From an uncultured Eubacteriales bacterium (GTDB taxonomy: Bacteria > Bacillota > TC1): DNA of 64,000 nucleotides. The notes under the pieces were generated by a model. It was not told the DNA's origin, did no database searches, and saw only the letters and a list, made by a program, of their open reading frames with translations. Where the stretch lies: positions 327,378 to 391,377 of the forward strand of contig CAYPYD010000001.1 in the NCBI GenBank assembly GCA_964415195.1, given 5' to 3'. Positions within the stretch are counted from its first letter, which is position 1. Each line of letters starts with the position of its first letter. Positions 28,767-37,824 of this stretch are shown piece by piece. The position numbers were made by a program, and so were the translations under genes.

Positions 28767-29117
28767 TTATTTATTCTTTGAAAAAACTCTAGATACTATA
28801 TCTATGACGCTTTCAACTATGGTGATAATGGTTGTTATCATATCGTTAGTTGACTTGGTTTCAAAAAAAACATCATTGACTCCATTTAATGTACCGTCTA
28901 CGCTAGTTAGAGTTCTATCTAAACTTTCGGTAAGATGTGGTAGTCTTTCAATTGTTCTTTCTATATTCACTGAATTATCATCTATTATTTTATTGACTTT
29001 ACCTATCGTTTTAATCAAACGAACTTGTGCAACAATCAAGAGTATCAAAATTGTAAGGCCCAAGGAAACGCCAACAAATATGGCCAGAAAAATCAGTATA
29101 TCATTAATACTAAACAT
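28767..29117 (-). CDS. DUF948-like membrane-anchored stress protein
   Basis: Single N-terminal TM 'ILIFLAIFVGVSLGLTILILLIVA' followed by a helical domain. Sits next to a YtxH-like gene, as in Bacillus-type general-stress pairs. Confidence 0.6.
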   Translation of the reverse strand: MFSINDILIFLAIFVGVSLGLTILILLIVAQVRLIKTIGKVNKIIDDNSVNIERTIERLPHLTESLDRTLTSVDGTLNGVNDVFFETKSTNDMITTIITIVESVIDIVSRVFSKNK

Positions 29118-29148
29118 GTGTGACCCCTTTCATTGATTGTTGAAATGA

Positions 29149-29544
29149 TTATTTCTTAGCTTCCTTTTTAACTTCCTCAGCTTTTTCTTCTACAACTTCA
29201 GCTGCATCGGCAACTTTAGCTTTAGCTTTTTCTTTTATTGCTTCGGCTTTTTCTTCTACAGCTTCTGCTGTATCAGCAACTTTAGCTTTGGCTTTTTCTT
29301 TTATTTCTTCAGCAACTTTTGCTACTTCATCAATAGTATGAGTTACTGTTTCTTTTACTTTTTCTGTTGCTTTTTCAGCACCTTTAGCTATGTCTTCTCT
29401 TGTTTCTTTACCAGATTTAGGAGCAAACAATAAACCAGCTACTGCACCGGCAGCTACACCAATTCCTGCTGCAATTGAAGCAGCTACAGTTTTTTCACGT
29501 TTTTGTTTGCGTTTTTTTTGTTCTATTATTTCTTTAATAAACAT
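29149..29544 (-). CDS. YtxH-like general stress protein
   Basis: 'AAGAVAGLLFAPKSGKETREDI' YtxH motif. Lys/Glu/Ala-rich helical tail containing an internal 22-aa duplication. Confidence 0.7.
   Translation of the reverse strand: MFIKEIIEQKKRKQKREKTVAASIAAGIGVAAGAVAGLLFAPKSGKETREDIAKGAEKATEKVKETVTHTIDEVAKVAEEIKEKAKAKVADTAEAVEEKAEAIKEKAKAKVADAAEVVEEKAEEVKKEAKK
29180..29311 (-). repeat. Tandem 2 x 66-bp in-frame repeat inside the YtxH-like gene
   Basis: Units 29180-29245 and 29246-29311 differ at 7 of 66 nt. They encode 'E(A/E)IKEKAKAKVAD.AE.VEEKA' twice. Confidence 0.8.
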
Positions 29545-29711
29545 AATATATTCCTCCTTTTAATGTTAATAGGGATTCCTATCTTATAACAAGTATACGC
29601 CTATATAAAATATTATTCAAGTTTTCAAGCTTATATGATACAGATTAGGTCATACTTATTATATGATTTATTAAATATATTATAACTAGTAAAAATAAAA
29701 AAATCCATACT

Positions 29712-29741
29712 TTGACAATTACTATTGTGCAAAGATATAAT
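29712..29741 (+). promoter_or_regulatory. Sigma-A-type promoter for the hemerythrin-like gene
   Basis: TTGACA (29712-29717), 18 nt spacer, TATAAT (29736-29741). Confidence 0.6.
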
Positions 29742-29795
29742 ATAAGGAAAGGAATTAATTAATAAATAACCGGCTAGACCGGAAGGAGGCCAATA

Positions 29796-30335
29796 ATGGG
29801 AAAAGCGATACATGATTTAGTACAAGAACACGAAAAAATACTCCATGTTTTGGAGATAATAAGGAAAGTACAAGCTAATGATAAAATATCAGTTAATGCT
29901 CTGATTAAATTTTATGCCGAACTGGCGGACTTTATAGAAATTTTTGCTGACAAGTGTCATCATGGTAAAGAAGAAGCTAACTTATACCATACTTTAGCGC
30001 CCCTTGGTGATGAGCTTGAAAGAAATATGATTATATATCTTATTAAGGAGCATGAAGAAGCTAGAGTGATAAATAACCAAATAAGAAGAGCCGCAGAAAG
30101 TGGAAAATTATCAGAAGCCGCAACAGCAGCTGCTAAGTATCGTAAATTACTTTTAGAGCATATTCATAATGAGAATGAGGAATTATTTCCAGCTATAGAT
30201 AAAAGAATTACCATAGAACAGGAAGAAACAATTTTTGAACACTTCAAGGCTGTTGAGAAACGAACTTTAGGAGAAAATGGAGCCACAAGAATTGATGAGA
30301 TAATCAAAAAATGGGAGAATGAACTTCTTTCGTAA
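29796..30335 (+). CDS. Hemerythrin-like (HHE cation-binding) domain protein
   Basis: 'DLVQEHEKILHVLEIIRK', 'FADKCHHGKEE' and 'LLEHIHNENEELFP' give the His/Glu ligand pattern of bacterial hemerythrin-like proteins. Confidence 0.65.
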   Translation: MGKAIHDLVQEHEKILHVLEIIRKVQANDKISVNALIKFYAELADFIEIFADKCHHGKEEANLYHTLAPLGDELERNMIIYLIKEHEEARVINNQIRRAAESGKLSEAATAAAKYRKLLLEHIHNENEELFPAIDKRITIEQEETIFEHFKAVEKRTLGENGATRIDEIIKKWENELLS

Positions 30336-30348
30336 AAAACTAAAAATT

Positions 30349-30392
30349 AAGCCTTGAATTTGCTAAAGATAGCATTTTCAAGGCTTTTATTT
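30349..30392. terminator. Terminator between convergent genes
   Basis: aagccttgaa ... ttcaaggctt followed by ttatttg. Confidence 0.7.
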
Positions 30393-30410
30393 GTTATACA
30401 GATAATTATC

Positions 30411-30824
30411 TTACTTTTCTCTGATATTTTGAACAAAATCTGCGTTTATTAGTTCTTTACCTTTTCTTGTTTGTACTTCAATCCAGTTTTCATTTACTTC
30501 TAATATTGTTCCTTCTATATTGGTTCCATATGATCCTGTGGAGATCTTACAATTTATTCCTATGTATTTTTTGATTATTTCATTGGTCATAGTTCTTACG
30601 CCCTTTCTTTTTTTAATTTTCATTAAGATTAATTTTTGAAATTGTTGTTGATTTGGTATTATAACTAAAAATATTATAAATAGTGGTAAGTATATTGCTA
30701 TCCAAGCTGATGTATCAATTAGTCTCACCTCTTCTTTTGTAATCATTTGTTTAAGTATAGCATAATAGTTAGTTTTATAGGTCGATGACCAACTATAAGA
30801 AAAGCTTTTACTTTTAATTGCCAA
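30411..30824 (-). CDS. Small hypothetical protein (start uncertain; in-frame ATGs also at 30746 and 30590)
   Basis: The C-terminal 59 aa 'MTNEIIKKYIGINCKISTGSYGTNIEGTILEVNENWIEVQTRKGKELINADFVQNI' look like a small beta-barrel domain. The longer forms add one TM helix. No strong RBS at any candidate start. Confidence 0.4.
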   Translation of the reverse strand: MAIKSKSFSYSWSSTYKTNYYAILKQMITKEEVRLIDTSAWIAIYLPLFIIFLVIIPNQQQFQKLILMKIKKRKGVRTMTNEIIKKYIGINCKISTGSYGTNIEGTILEVNENWIEVQTRKGKELINADFVQNIREK

Positions 30825-30952
30825 TAATAATTCCTAAAACTATAAAAAACAGCAATTAATAGCCTAAAACATGAAATATTTCACGAAATGCTTGATTAAA
30901 GTATATAATGGCCATATAATTGAGTAAAAGCTGACCAATAAGGAAATAAACA

Positions 30953-32239
30953 ATGGAAATGATAATTAATGAAATGATATTAAAAAACTTTTTATCATTC
31001 AGAAATTTAGAATATAAACCAGCACCAAACATAAATATAATATTTGGTGAAAATGGTTCCGGAAAAACAAATGTACTTAAAGTATTTAAATTCATAAATG
31101 AAGTATTTTCCAAAGCAACTATAAACTACCAAAAAAAAACAAATACATACAACGAATACCCAATCAATAACCAAGTAGAAATAAACCAAAACCTATACGA
31201 AAAATACTCAACCTATGATAGTAGTGAACCAATAGAAATAAACATCAAAGGAAAATACCAAGGCAAAAACTACGAATACTATATATCCATAAAAGAAAAT
31301 GACTACATCATCAAAGAATACCTCAAATTCTTTGAAAACAGCAGAGGAAAACCAAGAGAATTATTCATAAAAGAAGGTAGTCAATTAGAAGTAAAACTAT
31401 TTAAAAATAAAAAATTCAACAACATAATTGAAAAATCAATAACCAAAAACAACAACACAAGCTTCATTTCCTCATTTAGATTTAGTAATAACGAACTAAA
31501 TGAATACAGTACCATATATGAAGAAAAAACCGAAGAAGATAATCCGGTCTTAAATATCATAGAAGGACTGTTAAAGAACATCTTCATAGAAGGAGAATAC
31601 ACAGAACAACACAATAAAAAAGACAATGCCAACCTAGCAACAAAAGCAATATTTTTTAATCAAAAAGATGAAAATTTAATTAATCCAATTGATGAATACC
31701 TAACAAATGTAGATAGATTCAGTTCCTTTATTCAAAAGTTAGATGAATTCAGTAGGGGGACTATAGTAAAAAGAACCATGCCTGATGAAAGAAACACTAT
31801 ATTAGATCTATACCATAAGAAACTAATAGACGGAGAAGAATTAGAAATTCCCTTTAGACTTGAATCAAATGGCACTAAAAAATTTATAGCTTTCTTTAAT
31901 TCAATTAATAAGGCGAAAAGTGGCTTTTTATCAATATTTGATGAATTTAATGCCTACTTTCATGACAACCTAGTAGAAAAAAGCTTAAACTTACTAAAAA
32001 GAGAGTGTAGTGAAAATCAATTCTTCATTACTACTCATAACTTAAATATATTAAACTATAGCTTCTTGGACAATGAAGAAAAACAAATTATAATTAGAAA
32101 CCAAAAATTAGGAAATACTCAAATAAGAGATCTAAAAGGAACTAACCTTAGAGAAAACAAAGAGACCTATTATAAATTAGGAAAATATGGAGGAGCACCA
32201 AGCACTTCAGATATTTTCCTAAACGGGATTTTAGATTAA
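30953..32239 (+). CDS. AAA_21/COG1106-type ABC-fold ATPase (soluble, SMC/RecF-like head)
   Basis: RBS AAGGA. Walker A 'GENGSGKTN' (nt 31046-31072), signature-like 'ESNGTKKF', Walker B 'LSIFDEF', 'FFITTHN', and the family-typical C-terminal 'YYKLGKYGGAPS'. Candidate -10 boxes at 30904-30909 and 30915-30920. Confidence 0.8.
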   Translation: MEMIINEMILKNFLSFRNLEYKPAPNINIIFGENGSGKTNVLKVFKFINEVFSKATINYQKKTNTYNEYPINNQVEINQNLYEKYSTYDSSEPIEINIKGKYQGKNYEYYISIKENDYIIKEYLKFFENSRGKPRELFIKEGSQLEVKLFKNKKFNNIIEKSITKNNNTSFISSFRFSNNELNEYSTIYEEKTEEDNPVLNIIEGLLKNIFIEGEYTEQHNKKDNANLATKAIFFNQKDENLINPIDEYLTNVDRFSSFIQKLDEFSRGTIVKRTMPDERNTILDLYHKKLIDGEELEIPFRLESNGTKKFIAFFNSINKAKSGFLSIFDEFNAYFHDNLVEKSLNLLKRECSENQFFITTHNLNILNYSFLDNEEKQIIIRNQKLGNTQIRDLKGTNLRENKETYYKLGKYGGAPSTSDIFLNGILD

Positions 32240-32262
32240 ATTATATAGGATTGGAGTAAGAA

Positions 32263-32820
32263 ATGAAAAAGATTAAATTAAGGAGTAAGGGATTCACACT
32301 AATAGAAATAATAACCGTATTAGCTATAGTTGCAATACTAGCGGTTATAGCAATACCAGTATTTTCTGGCTTCATAAATAAATCTAGAGAATCAGTTCTC
32401 AACTACAATCAATCAACACTAGGAACAATAATAGGCATCGGTGATGCACTTGGTGAATTACCTAATATAAATAGTGGTAATCCTACACAAAACAGAAATA
32501 CTATTGCGCAACTAATTATTGAAGGTAATCATACATTTACAAACCCCAAAACCGGATCAACAGAAATAATCAGTACCACACAATCAGGAAGCAAGAACAG
32601 TGCTGCTATTGTTGTTGCCCAAAGAAACGTAACAATCGAAACAGCATACAATAATAGAAATACTAATTTATGGCCATTAAACGCAGCAGAATCCAGTAAG
32701 CTTAAGTATCAAGGGACTTTAATCATACAAATTTGTAATGATGGCTATATAATTTACTCATACCCATCATATGGAGAAGTTAATAACTTAAAAAAATATC
32801 CTGGATTTGGTATTTACTAA
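32263..32820 (+). CDS. Orphan type IV pilin-like protein (prepilin-type N-terminal cleavage/methylation domain)
   Basis: 'MKKIKLRSKG|FTLIEIITVLAIVAILAVIAIPVF' has Gly-1, Phe+1 and Glu+5 plus a hydrophobic helix. Lies 23 nt downstream of the ATPase with a GGAG RBS and no intervening hairpin. Confidence 0.8.
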   Translation: MKKIKLRSKGFTLIEIITVLAIVAILAVIAIPVFSGFINKSRESVLNYNQSTLGTIIGIGDALGELPNINSGNPTQNRNTIAQLIIEGNHTFTNPKTGSTEIISTTQSGSKNSAAIVVAQRNVTIETAYNNRNTNLWPLNAAESSKLKYQGTLIIQICNDGYIIYSYPSYGEVNNLKKYPGFGIY

Positions 32821-33011
32821 TTTAGAATGATTATAAAAATTATAAATGTTAAAACTGCAAACATATACAAACAGAGGATTTAAAGGTGAAAAAACTTGAC
32901 AGTCAGAAAAAAATGGATTAACATAAAATTTACTTATATGTAAAAAATCATATCCAATAATATTTAATTAAGCTATAATAAAAAGTAATCCGATAAATAG
33001 GGAGTTTTGTA

Positions 33012-33560
33012 ATGAATTATTGTATAATTGGCGCGATAAGCTATATACTCTTCTATATATATGATATTAACGAAATCAAGAAATTTCATAAGATAGTTAA
33101 AGGCGCATTTATACTAGGTATTATATTACAAATAGGTGGAACAATAGGTATAGTTATTGACAACTTAGAGTATTTAGAATTATCAATATTGGGAATCGCT
33201 TTTACTCTATTTGGAATAGCCTTCTTAATATACTCACTTTTTTTCGCACTACCCTTTGAAGAAACCTACGTAAATCTTAGCAGAAAACGTAAAGTTTACA
33301 CTAAAGGTGTATATGCAATGTCCAGACACCCAGGTGTCATATTCTACATAATATTCTACACAGGACTTGCTATATTACAACCAACAAAAATAATCATAAG
33401 CACATATATAATATGGTGCCTACTTAATATAAGTTATATAATATTCCAAGACCTTTGGACATTTCCTAGAACCTTTGATGATTATCATAAATATCGTCAA
33501 ACAACACCATTTTTAATACCGACAATAAAAAGCATTAAATCAGCTAAAGAGATAATATAA
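33012..33560 (+). CDS. Polytopic membrane protein, ICMT/PEMT-like methyltransferase family (tentative)
   Basis: Five TM helices. 'VYTKGVYAMSRHPGVIFYIIFYTG' resembles the 'G.Y...RHP.Y' motif of isoprenylcysteine carboxyl / phospholipid methyltransferase-like proteins. Confidence 0.45.
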   Translation: MNYCIIGAISYILFYIYDINEIKKFHKIVKGAFILGIILQIGGTIGIVIDNLEYLELSILGIAFTLFGIAFLIYSLFFALPFEETYVNLSRKRKVYTKGVYAMSRHPGVIFYIIFYTGLAILQPTKIIISTYIIWCLLNISYIIFQDLWTFPRTFDDYHKYRQTTPFLIPTIKSIKSAKEII

Positions 33561-33569
33561 GGGGTAATT

Positions 33570-35186
33570 ATGAATTTAAACGAAATGCTAGAAGAAAGAC
33601 AATTTGATAAAATATGGCAATCTTATTGCGGCTTTCTTGACTTAAGCATGGAATCCTACATGGAGATTCAAAACCGCTTAATGGAAGAGCAGATTGACTT
33701 ATGGTGCAAAAGCCCACTTGGTAAAGGTATATTAAAATCTAAAAGACCAAAGACAATCGATGATTTCAGAAATATGGTGCCACTAACAACTTATGATGAC
33801 TATGCAGACGTTCTACTACAAAAAAGAGCAGAACTACTTCCTGGTAATCCAATCATTTGGATACAAACAACCTGGGAAGGCGGCAAACACCCTGTAAAGG
33901 TAGCGCCATATACTAGAAGCATGTTAGATGTCTATCGTCAAAATGTAACAGCTTGCCTTATTCTATCAACAAGTACAGAAAAGGGTAAATTTGACGTAGA
34001 GAATACAGATAAGTTCCTATATGGATTAGCACCATTACCATATGCAACAGGACTATTTCCTTTAGCTTTATCTGAGGAAATTGAAATACAATTTCTACCA
34101 AAAGTTAAAGATGCAGAAAAAATGACATTTTCAGAGCGTAATAAATTAGGATTTAAACTGGCCATGAAAAATGGGGTAGACTACTTCTTCGGACTAGGAA
34201 GTGTAGCCTTTGCAGTAAGCCAAAGCCTGGCTCAAATGTCCTCAGGCAGTGGTGGACTGAAATCATTACTAAATTGCCATCCGAAAATGGCTTTTCGTAT
34301 TCTAAAAGCAAGAAGAGCAATGAAAAAAGAAAATAGACCACTAATGCCAAAAGATCTATTTAAACTAAAAGGATTTATGGTTGCAGGAACTGATAATCGT
34401 TGCTACAAGGACGACTTGGAGAAACTATGGGGTATTCGACCAATGGAGCTATTTGCAGGCACTGAACCCTCAATTATAGGGACAGAAACCTGGACGAGAA
34501 ATGGCATGTACTTTTTCCCCAATGCCTGTTTCTATGAATTCCTACATGAAGATGATATGCTCAAACTAAATAATGATAAAAACTACAGACCGAAAACCTA
34601 CCTGATGGACGAAGTTATCCCAGGTGAAAAATATGAAATTGTACTAACAGTCCTAAAGGGAGGTGCCTTTGCAAGGTATCGTGTTGGTGATGTTTACAGA
34701 TGTGCTGGATTAACAAACCTTGAAGATAACACAAAAATTCCAAGATTTGAATATATCGATAGAGTTCCAACTATTATTGATATAGCAGGATTTACAAGAA
34801 TATCTGAAAATGGAATCAATGATGCAATCCAGTTATCAAAACTACCAGTAAAAGGTTGGACAGCACAAAAAGAATTTAATGAAGATAACAAACCTTATAT
34901 GCATCTATATATTGAAATTGATAAAAATAAGTTCGCAGAAAATGCAGTAAGCAAGGAAATCATAATGGACATTTTATCAACGTATTTTAGATACATTGAT
35001 CAAGATTATAAAGATTTAAAGAGAATACTAGGGATGGATCCCCTTGTAGTTACCATATTAAAATGTGGCACCTTTGAAGCTTATACAAAACTTAAAGAAA
35101 GACCGATATCTAGGATAACCCCGCCATCTTCTGATTTGAGAGATTTACTTGATCTCCAAACCAATCAGGTGGTAAATAGGAGGTAA
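33570..35186 (+). CDS. GH3-family (auxin-responsive-promoter-like) adenylate-forming enzyme, divergent
   Basis: 'F.NMVPLTTYDDY' near the N-terminus and 'ARYRVGDVYRCAGL....KIPRFEYIDR' match GH3 landmarks. The usual 'SSGTT.GK.K.IP' P-loop is replaced by 'QTTWEGGKHPVKVAPYT'. Confidence 0.55.
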   Translation: MNLNEMLEERQFDKIWQSYCGFLDLSMESYMEIQNRLMEEQIDLWCKSPLGKGILKSKRPKTIDDFRNMVPLTTYDDYADVLLQKRAELLPGNPIIWIQTTWEGGKHPVKVAPYTRSMLDVYRQNVTACLILSTSTEKGKFDVENTDKFLYGLAPLPYATGLFPLALSEEIEIQFLPKVKDAEKMTFSERNKLGFKLAMKNGVDYFFGLGSVAFAVSQSLAQMSSGSGGLKSLLNCHPKMAFRILKARRAMKKENRPLMPKDLFKLKGFMVAGTDNRCYKDDLEKLWGIRPMELFAGTEPSIIGTETWTRNGMYFFPNACFYEFLHEDDMLKLNNDKNYRPKTYLMDEVIPGEKYEIVLTVLKGGAFARYRVGDVYRCAGLTNLEDNTKIPRFEYIDRVPTIIDIAGFTRISENGINDAIQLSKLPVKGWTAQKEFNEDNKPYMHLYIEIDKNKFAENAVSKEIIMDILSTYFRYIDQDYKDLKRILGMDPLVVTILKCGTFEAYTKLKERPISRITPPSSDLRDLLDLQTNQVVNRR

Positions 35187-35191
35187 GCACT

Positions 35192-37723
35192 ATGGAAGGC
35201 ATTTTTGGCTATATATCCAGTTTAGCATTGCTCTGCTATGTGTTTCTCCTCATGGTGTTTATTAATGCTGAGAGAAACAAGATAGTAAAATCATTTTTAT
35301 TGATTTTAGTCTCCATGATTATGTGGACCGGGGGCTCCTTTTTAATGCGCCTACTATTTTGGCCAAGTTATGTCTTATGGTACCATGTTTCCCTAGGTGG
35401 CATATTACTTGTAGCGTATAGCTATTTTAATTTCATTGCTGCTTTTACAGATCAGAAGGTTAAGGTAATTTCAAGGTTATATTTATTTATATTGTTAGGT
35501 TGCTTTATTATTAATATCCCAAATGGAGTATTACTGAAATGGCCATCACTAGTTATATCAAACGGCTTAACAAAAATGGTCTATGATGATATAACATTAG
35601 GAGTTGCAGTTTTATTTATAGTTACAGGATTTATTATCGGACATATGTTATGGCTACTAGTTAAAGCATACAGGCAAAATACTAGATTAAAAAAACAGGT
35701 TACACCAATTATTCTAGGTATTCTAGCAATATTTTTAGGCAATTTAGCTTTAATGTTGCCAATATTTTCTAGTTTTCCAATAGATATAGTAGCTGGTGTA
35801 TTTAATGCTGGATTTCTAATGTATGCTCTGATAGGAAAACATTTATTCAAGCTTAAGTATATGGCAACAGAGAGTATAGGTTATTTGTTTTGTGTATTAT
35901 TAGGCTTTCCGGTATTTTATAAGTTAATACCTTTCCTTGATAATTATATTATTTTAAAAGTTATTGGTGCACAAAGTTTCCAATTACCGATTTATCTATT
36001 AAGTTTTGCCTTGATTGTTTCAGTATTATTTTATGCCTGGAAGAAGTTTATATCGAATATTTTTATTAAGGATGAAGAAGAAATTAACGATATAATCAAA
36101 AATTTCTCTACTGAAGTTTCAAAAACCTTGAAACTAAACGATATTATGCATAAGACCGTAGAGGCTATAGGGCTGGCTACTGGAATTAAAAAATTAGTTA
36201 TTGGTTTAAACGAGTTTAATTCTGATGACTTTAAACTTAGATATAGTGATCAATCCTTAGCTGATTTGTCGTATGTTCTTAAGAAAGATAATCCGATAAT
36301 TAGTTGGTTAAGAGAAAACGATCAGATACTTTACCTAGATGAATTTGAACATACAATAGCCTATAAAAGCCTTTGGGAAGAGGAAAAGTATCAGCTTAGC
36401 CGTCTAGAAGCGAAGTATTGTATAGGATTAAAAGAGAATAGTAAGTTAATAGGTATTGTCTTATTCTCTGACTTTGGAAGGAAAACTAAGCTGAAACAAA
36501 CAGATTTAAACATTATTGAATCTATTTGTTCTGTAGCATCAATCGCTCTAAACAATGCTCATACTTATGAAAAAGCATACCTAGAAGCTAGAACGGATGA
36601 CTTAACAGGCGTTTTGAATAGAAAATATTTCTTTGAAATAGTTGCAGAGGTTTTTGATAAATATAGTAAAAGCTCATTGGCTTTAATTACAGTTAACCTA
36701 GATGACTTCAAGCTATATAATCAGCTTTATGGTGTGAAGCAGGCTGATGAGACTCTTAGAAGAGTTGCAGAAACTATTAAGGCAACCATAGGGGAACAGG
36801 GATATATTGCTAGATACAGCGGTAAAGAATTTTCTATTCTTTTACCTAATTATGATGTTTTTAATGCTAAAAGAATTGCAGAGTCAATAAGAGATCAAAT
36901 TGGTGAGATTGTTTTAAGTGAGACTGGGGATCGACTGAAGCGACTAACAATAAGTGTTGGTATAAGTGTTGCACCTTATGGTGCCAAGTCTGTTAAGGAG
37001 CTTATTGATAATGCTGACCAGGCAGTGTTCCAGGTTAAACGTAAAGGTAAGAATGCTATTCGTGTTTTTGATACTTATATAACTTCTGATAAACTTGAGG
37101 AGGAAGTGGATTATTCACAGGTTTATGATGACTATAAGTCTACTGTTTTGTCATTAATGGCTGCAATTGACGCGAAGGATCATTATACTTTTAATCATTC
37201 TGATAATGTAGCTAAGTATGCAGTAGATCTTGCAAAAGAGCTTAAGTTGAATCAGGTTACAGTTGAGCATATAAGACAGGCTGCCTTATTACATGATATA
37301 GGAAAAATTAGTATCGCAGAGAGTGTTTTAAATAAAACTGGACGTTTAAACAACGAAGAGTTTGAAATTATGAAAGGTCATGTGGAGGCTTCTATTAATA
37401 TTATTAGACATTTGCCTTCTCTTGATTATGTTATTCCAGCTGTTTTGGGTCATCATGAAAGATATGATGGTCAAGGTTATCCAAGAAGAATTGCAGGTGA
37501 GGATATTCCGTTGACTGCCAGGATTCTTTGTATAGCGGATTCTTTTGATGCTATGATTTCAGTGCGTTGTTATAAGCCAGAAATGTCTATTAAGGATGCT
37601 CTTAAAATATTGGATGAAGAATCTGGTAAACAGTTTGATCCTATGTTAGTGGATGTTTTCTCAGATATGATCAAGCGTAATTTCAAAGAAACTATCCATA
37701 AAGAGAAACTTAGAGCTGTTTAA
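35192..37723 (+). CDS. Multi-TM sensor with GAF-like, degenerate GGDEF (SGKEF) and HD-GYP phosphodiesterase domains
   Basis: About 9 TM helices. GGDEF fold with 'RYSGKEF' (nt 36818-36832) instead of GG(D/E)EF and no RxxD. Intact HD-GYP with 'LLHDIGKISI' and 'HHERYDGQGYP'. Confidence 0.85.
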   Translation: MEGIFGYISSLALLCYVFLLMVFINAERNKIVKSFLLILVSMIMWTGGSFLMRLLFWPSYVLWYHVSLGGILLVAYSYFNFIAAFTDQKVKVISRLYLFILLGCFIINIPNGVLLKWPSLVISNGLTKMVYDDITLGVAVLFIVTGFIIGHMLWLLVKAYRQNTRLKKQVTPIILGILAIFLGNLALMLPIFSSFPIDIVAGVFNAGFLMYALIGKHLFKLKYMATESIGYLFCVLLGFPVFYKLIPFLDNYIILKVIGAQSFQLPIYLLSFALIVSVLFYAWKKFISNIFIKDEEEINDIIKNFSTEVSKTLKLNDIMHKTVEAIGLATGIKKLVIGLNEFNSDDFKLRYSDQSLADLSYVLKKDNPIISWLRENDQILYLDEFEHTIAYKSLWEEEKYQLSRLEAKYCIGLKENSKLIGIVLFSDFGRKTKLKQTDLNIIESICSVASIALNNAHTYEKAYLEARTDDLTGVLNRKYFFEIVAEVFDKYSKSSLALITVNLDDFKLYNQLYGVKQADETLRRVAETIKATIGEQGYIARYSGKEFSILLPNYDVFNAKRIAESIRDQIGEIVLSETGDRLKRLTISVGISVAPYGAKSVKELIDNADQAVFQVKRKGKNAIRVFDTYITSDKLEEEVDYSQVYDDYKSTVLSLMAAIDAKDHYTFNHSDNVAKYAVDLAKELKLNQVTVEHIRQAALLHDIGKISIAESVLNKTGRLNNEEFEIMKGHVEASINIIRHLPSLDYVIPAVLGHHERYDGQGYPRRIAGEDIPLTARILCIADSFDAMISVRCYKPEMSIKDALKILDEESGKQFDPMLVDVFSDMIKRNFKETIHKEKLRAV

Positions 37724-37753
37724 AATTCTTAATAAATAACAGATCGTAATAAA

Positions 37754-37795
37754 AAATGACTATATCAAGTCCCTAGGACTTGGCATAGTCATTTT
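37754..37795. terminator. Compound hairpin terminator between convergent operons
   Basis: aaatgactat ... atagtcattt, with nested caagtcc ctag ggacttg. Confidence 0.8.
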
Positions 37796-37824
37796 AACTT
37801 TTAATATATATATTTGTATTTATA

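Noticed and set aside
30856-31113. 85-aa minus-strand ORF overlapping the ATPase start and promoter
   Set aside because: It overlaps the Walker-A-encoding 5' end of a well-supported gene. It has no RBS and no recognisable motif.
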